Shown piece after piece: positions 62,666-64,000 of a stretch of 64,000 nucleotides of DNA (positions are counted from its first letter, which is position 1; the number at the start of each line of letters is the position of its first letter). The DNA is taken from NCBI GenBank assembly GCA_013265495.1, contig MU058815.1:318523-382522 (forward strand), in the 5' to 3' direction. A model generated the notes under the pieces. It was not told where the DNA came from and ran no database searches. It saw only the letters and a list, made by a program, of their open reading frames with translations. This stretch comes from Vicugna vicugna. Taxonomy: Eukaryota. A program made the position numbers and the translations under genes.

Positions 62666-64000
62666 TCGGGAGCAAGAGGAGCGAGGAGCCACAGGGTAAA
62701 CCAGCCTATCTTCCCAGACAGTGGGTTGTTTTTTCAAACTCAAAATTTGGAGGATGGGGATTTCAAACACCAAAACAAACATGGAGATGGAAAAGAGGAG
62801 AATGCAAAATTCCTATTAATTTTTATGTAAAAAGGAAAAGAAAGACCGCAAAGACAGCTCTCATCCTTAGGTCTCGGTGCCTGATCTCGGCGCCAATGTA
62901 AGAGGCTCACCACCACCGTCTCACCTTCGGGAAGTCAGGAGCCCCGAGTACACCAGCCACCAAGTAGGGGTTCTTGAGCTGCCTGAGCCCCGGCTTCTTC
63001 GTGGATAAGGCAGGGGAGTGGATTCACTCAGAGGAGGGCTGCCTGCATCTTGCAATCGGCTGGGGAATTTGAGCAAGATCAATACCAGAGCCCCACAGAG
63101 AGCAATGAAATCAGAACCTCTCGGCCTGGGACCCCAGGAAATTCCAGGACACGCAGCCAGGACCGAAAAGACAGAACAGACTTGAAAGGGCTGCACACAG
63201 ATGGGATCACACAGAGCCACTGCTGCCACGATCCCCTCCGCCCAGAGTCTGTCCTCTGGGGTTCTGTCTCCCTGGGTAGAGCAGCTGGTGCTCCGGCAAG
63301 GCTGCCTCTATCATGCTCACACACCTGGGCCACTCATGGTACCTGGGGGCAGCGGGGCTGGGATGTTCATTATTTTTCCCCTTGGGGTTTTTGCACAAAC
63401 GTTCCAGCTTCAAACTGGACCTGGGCTCTCCTGACAATCCACCCCCAAGCCCACACCCCCTCCCTCCCCCCTCTCCCCCTCCAGATATAAGCCCGGATGC
63501 CACAGGTCTCTGTCCTCCCCGCCCAGAGGCCAGCCTCTCCAGTCCGCAGACTCCGGCTCCTGGCATTTATGCGTGCCCCATCATGGGCAGCAAAAGCAAT
63601 TTTAGGGAAGTGGTCTGGCGACCTCAGGACGCCCCCAAGGGAAATCTCAAAAGGGAACGGAAACCCTTGCTGTGATCGGGTCTGCACTAGAGATGCGGAT
63701 CCTGGAGGTCTCGGCTTCCAAAAGACGGTGAGGGTCCCCTGAGGAAGGGAGCAGTGCTGGTCCCAGGCCTCGGCATTCAGAGCATGGACACAGAAGAAAA
63801 GCCAGGAGGCGAGACACGGTGGTGCCAGTGGGAGGGGGGAGAGGGCTGTGTCTCCACGTGGAGGCACCTGTCAGAGCAACACGCAGCGGATCCGCCCTGG
63901 GAGAAGCAGAAGAGAAACCACTGTCACTGACAAGGGAGTTGAGCTCTAAACAGAGATGACCTTGGACCAGGGTCAGGTGCATTTTTTGATTAGATGTTGC

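Noticed and set aside
19750..64000. ROR2 exon 1 or promoter, or a nested host gene
   Set aside because: No signal-peptide exon (MARG...-like) found; intron 1 extends beyond the window

Overview
Mammalian genomic DNA, most likely camelid given three tRNA-Ala-derived Vic-1-type SINEs. The window lies inside ROR2 (Wnt5a receptor tyrosine kinase-like orphan receptor 2) on the minus strand. Three coding exons can be placed to the base with GT-AG sites and consistent phases: exon 2 (19672-19749, 78 nt), exon 3 (3781-4068, 288 nt, Ig domain) and micro-exon 4 (2997-3027, 31 nt). Everything above 19750 is part of the long intron 1; exon 1 and exon 5 onward lie outside the window. The rest is intronic: young 5'-truncated L1 ends with target-site duplications (TSDs), old L1/L2/MIR remnants, MaLR, ERV1 and ERVL LTRs, DNA-transposon relics, microsatellites and a 22-N gap. 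Almost all ORFs in the supplied track are chance ORFs. I see no evidence for a new gene system. The most unusual signals are retro-chimeras: an L1-mobilised, poly(A)-tailed MER41-like ERV U3-R fragment with an antisense 5S rRNA 5' fragment at its head (29832-30406); a SINE joined to an L1 3' end within one TSD (44143-44345); and a solitary poly(A) insertion (7144-7188). Also notable are a ~22-bp-phased GC-box minisatellite (51300-51623) and several candidate developmental enhancers. Repeat family names and human comparisons come from recalled consensus sequences, not from a search.
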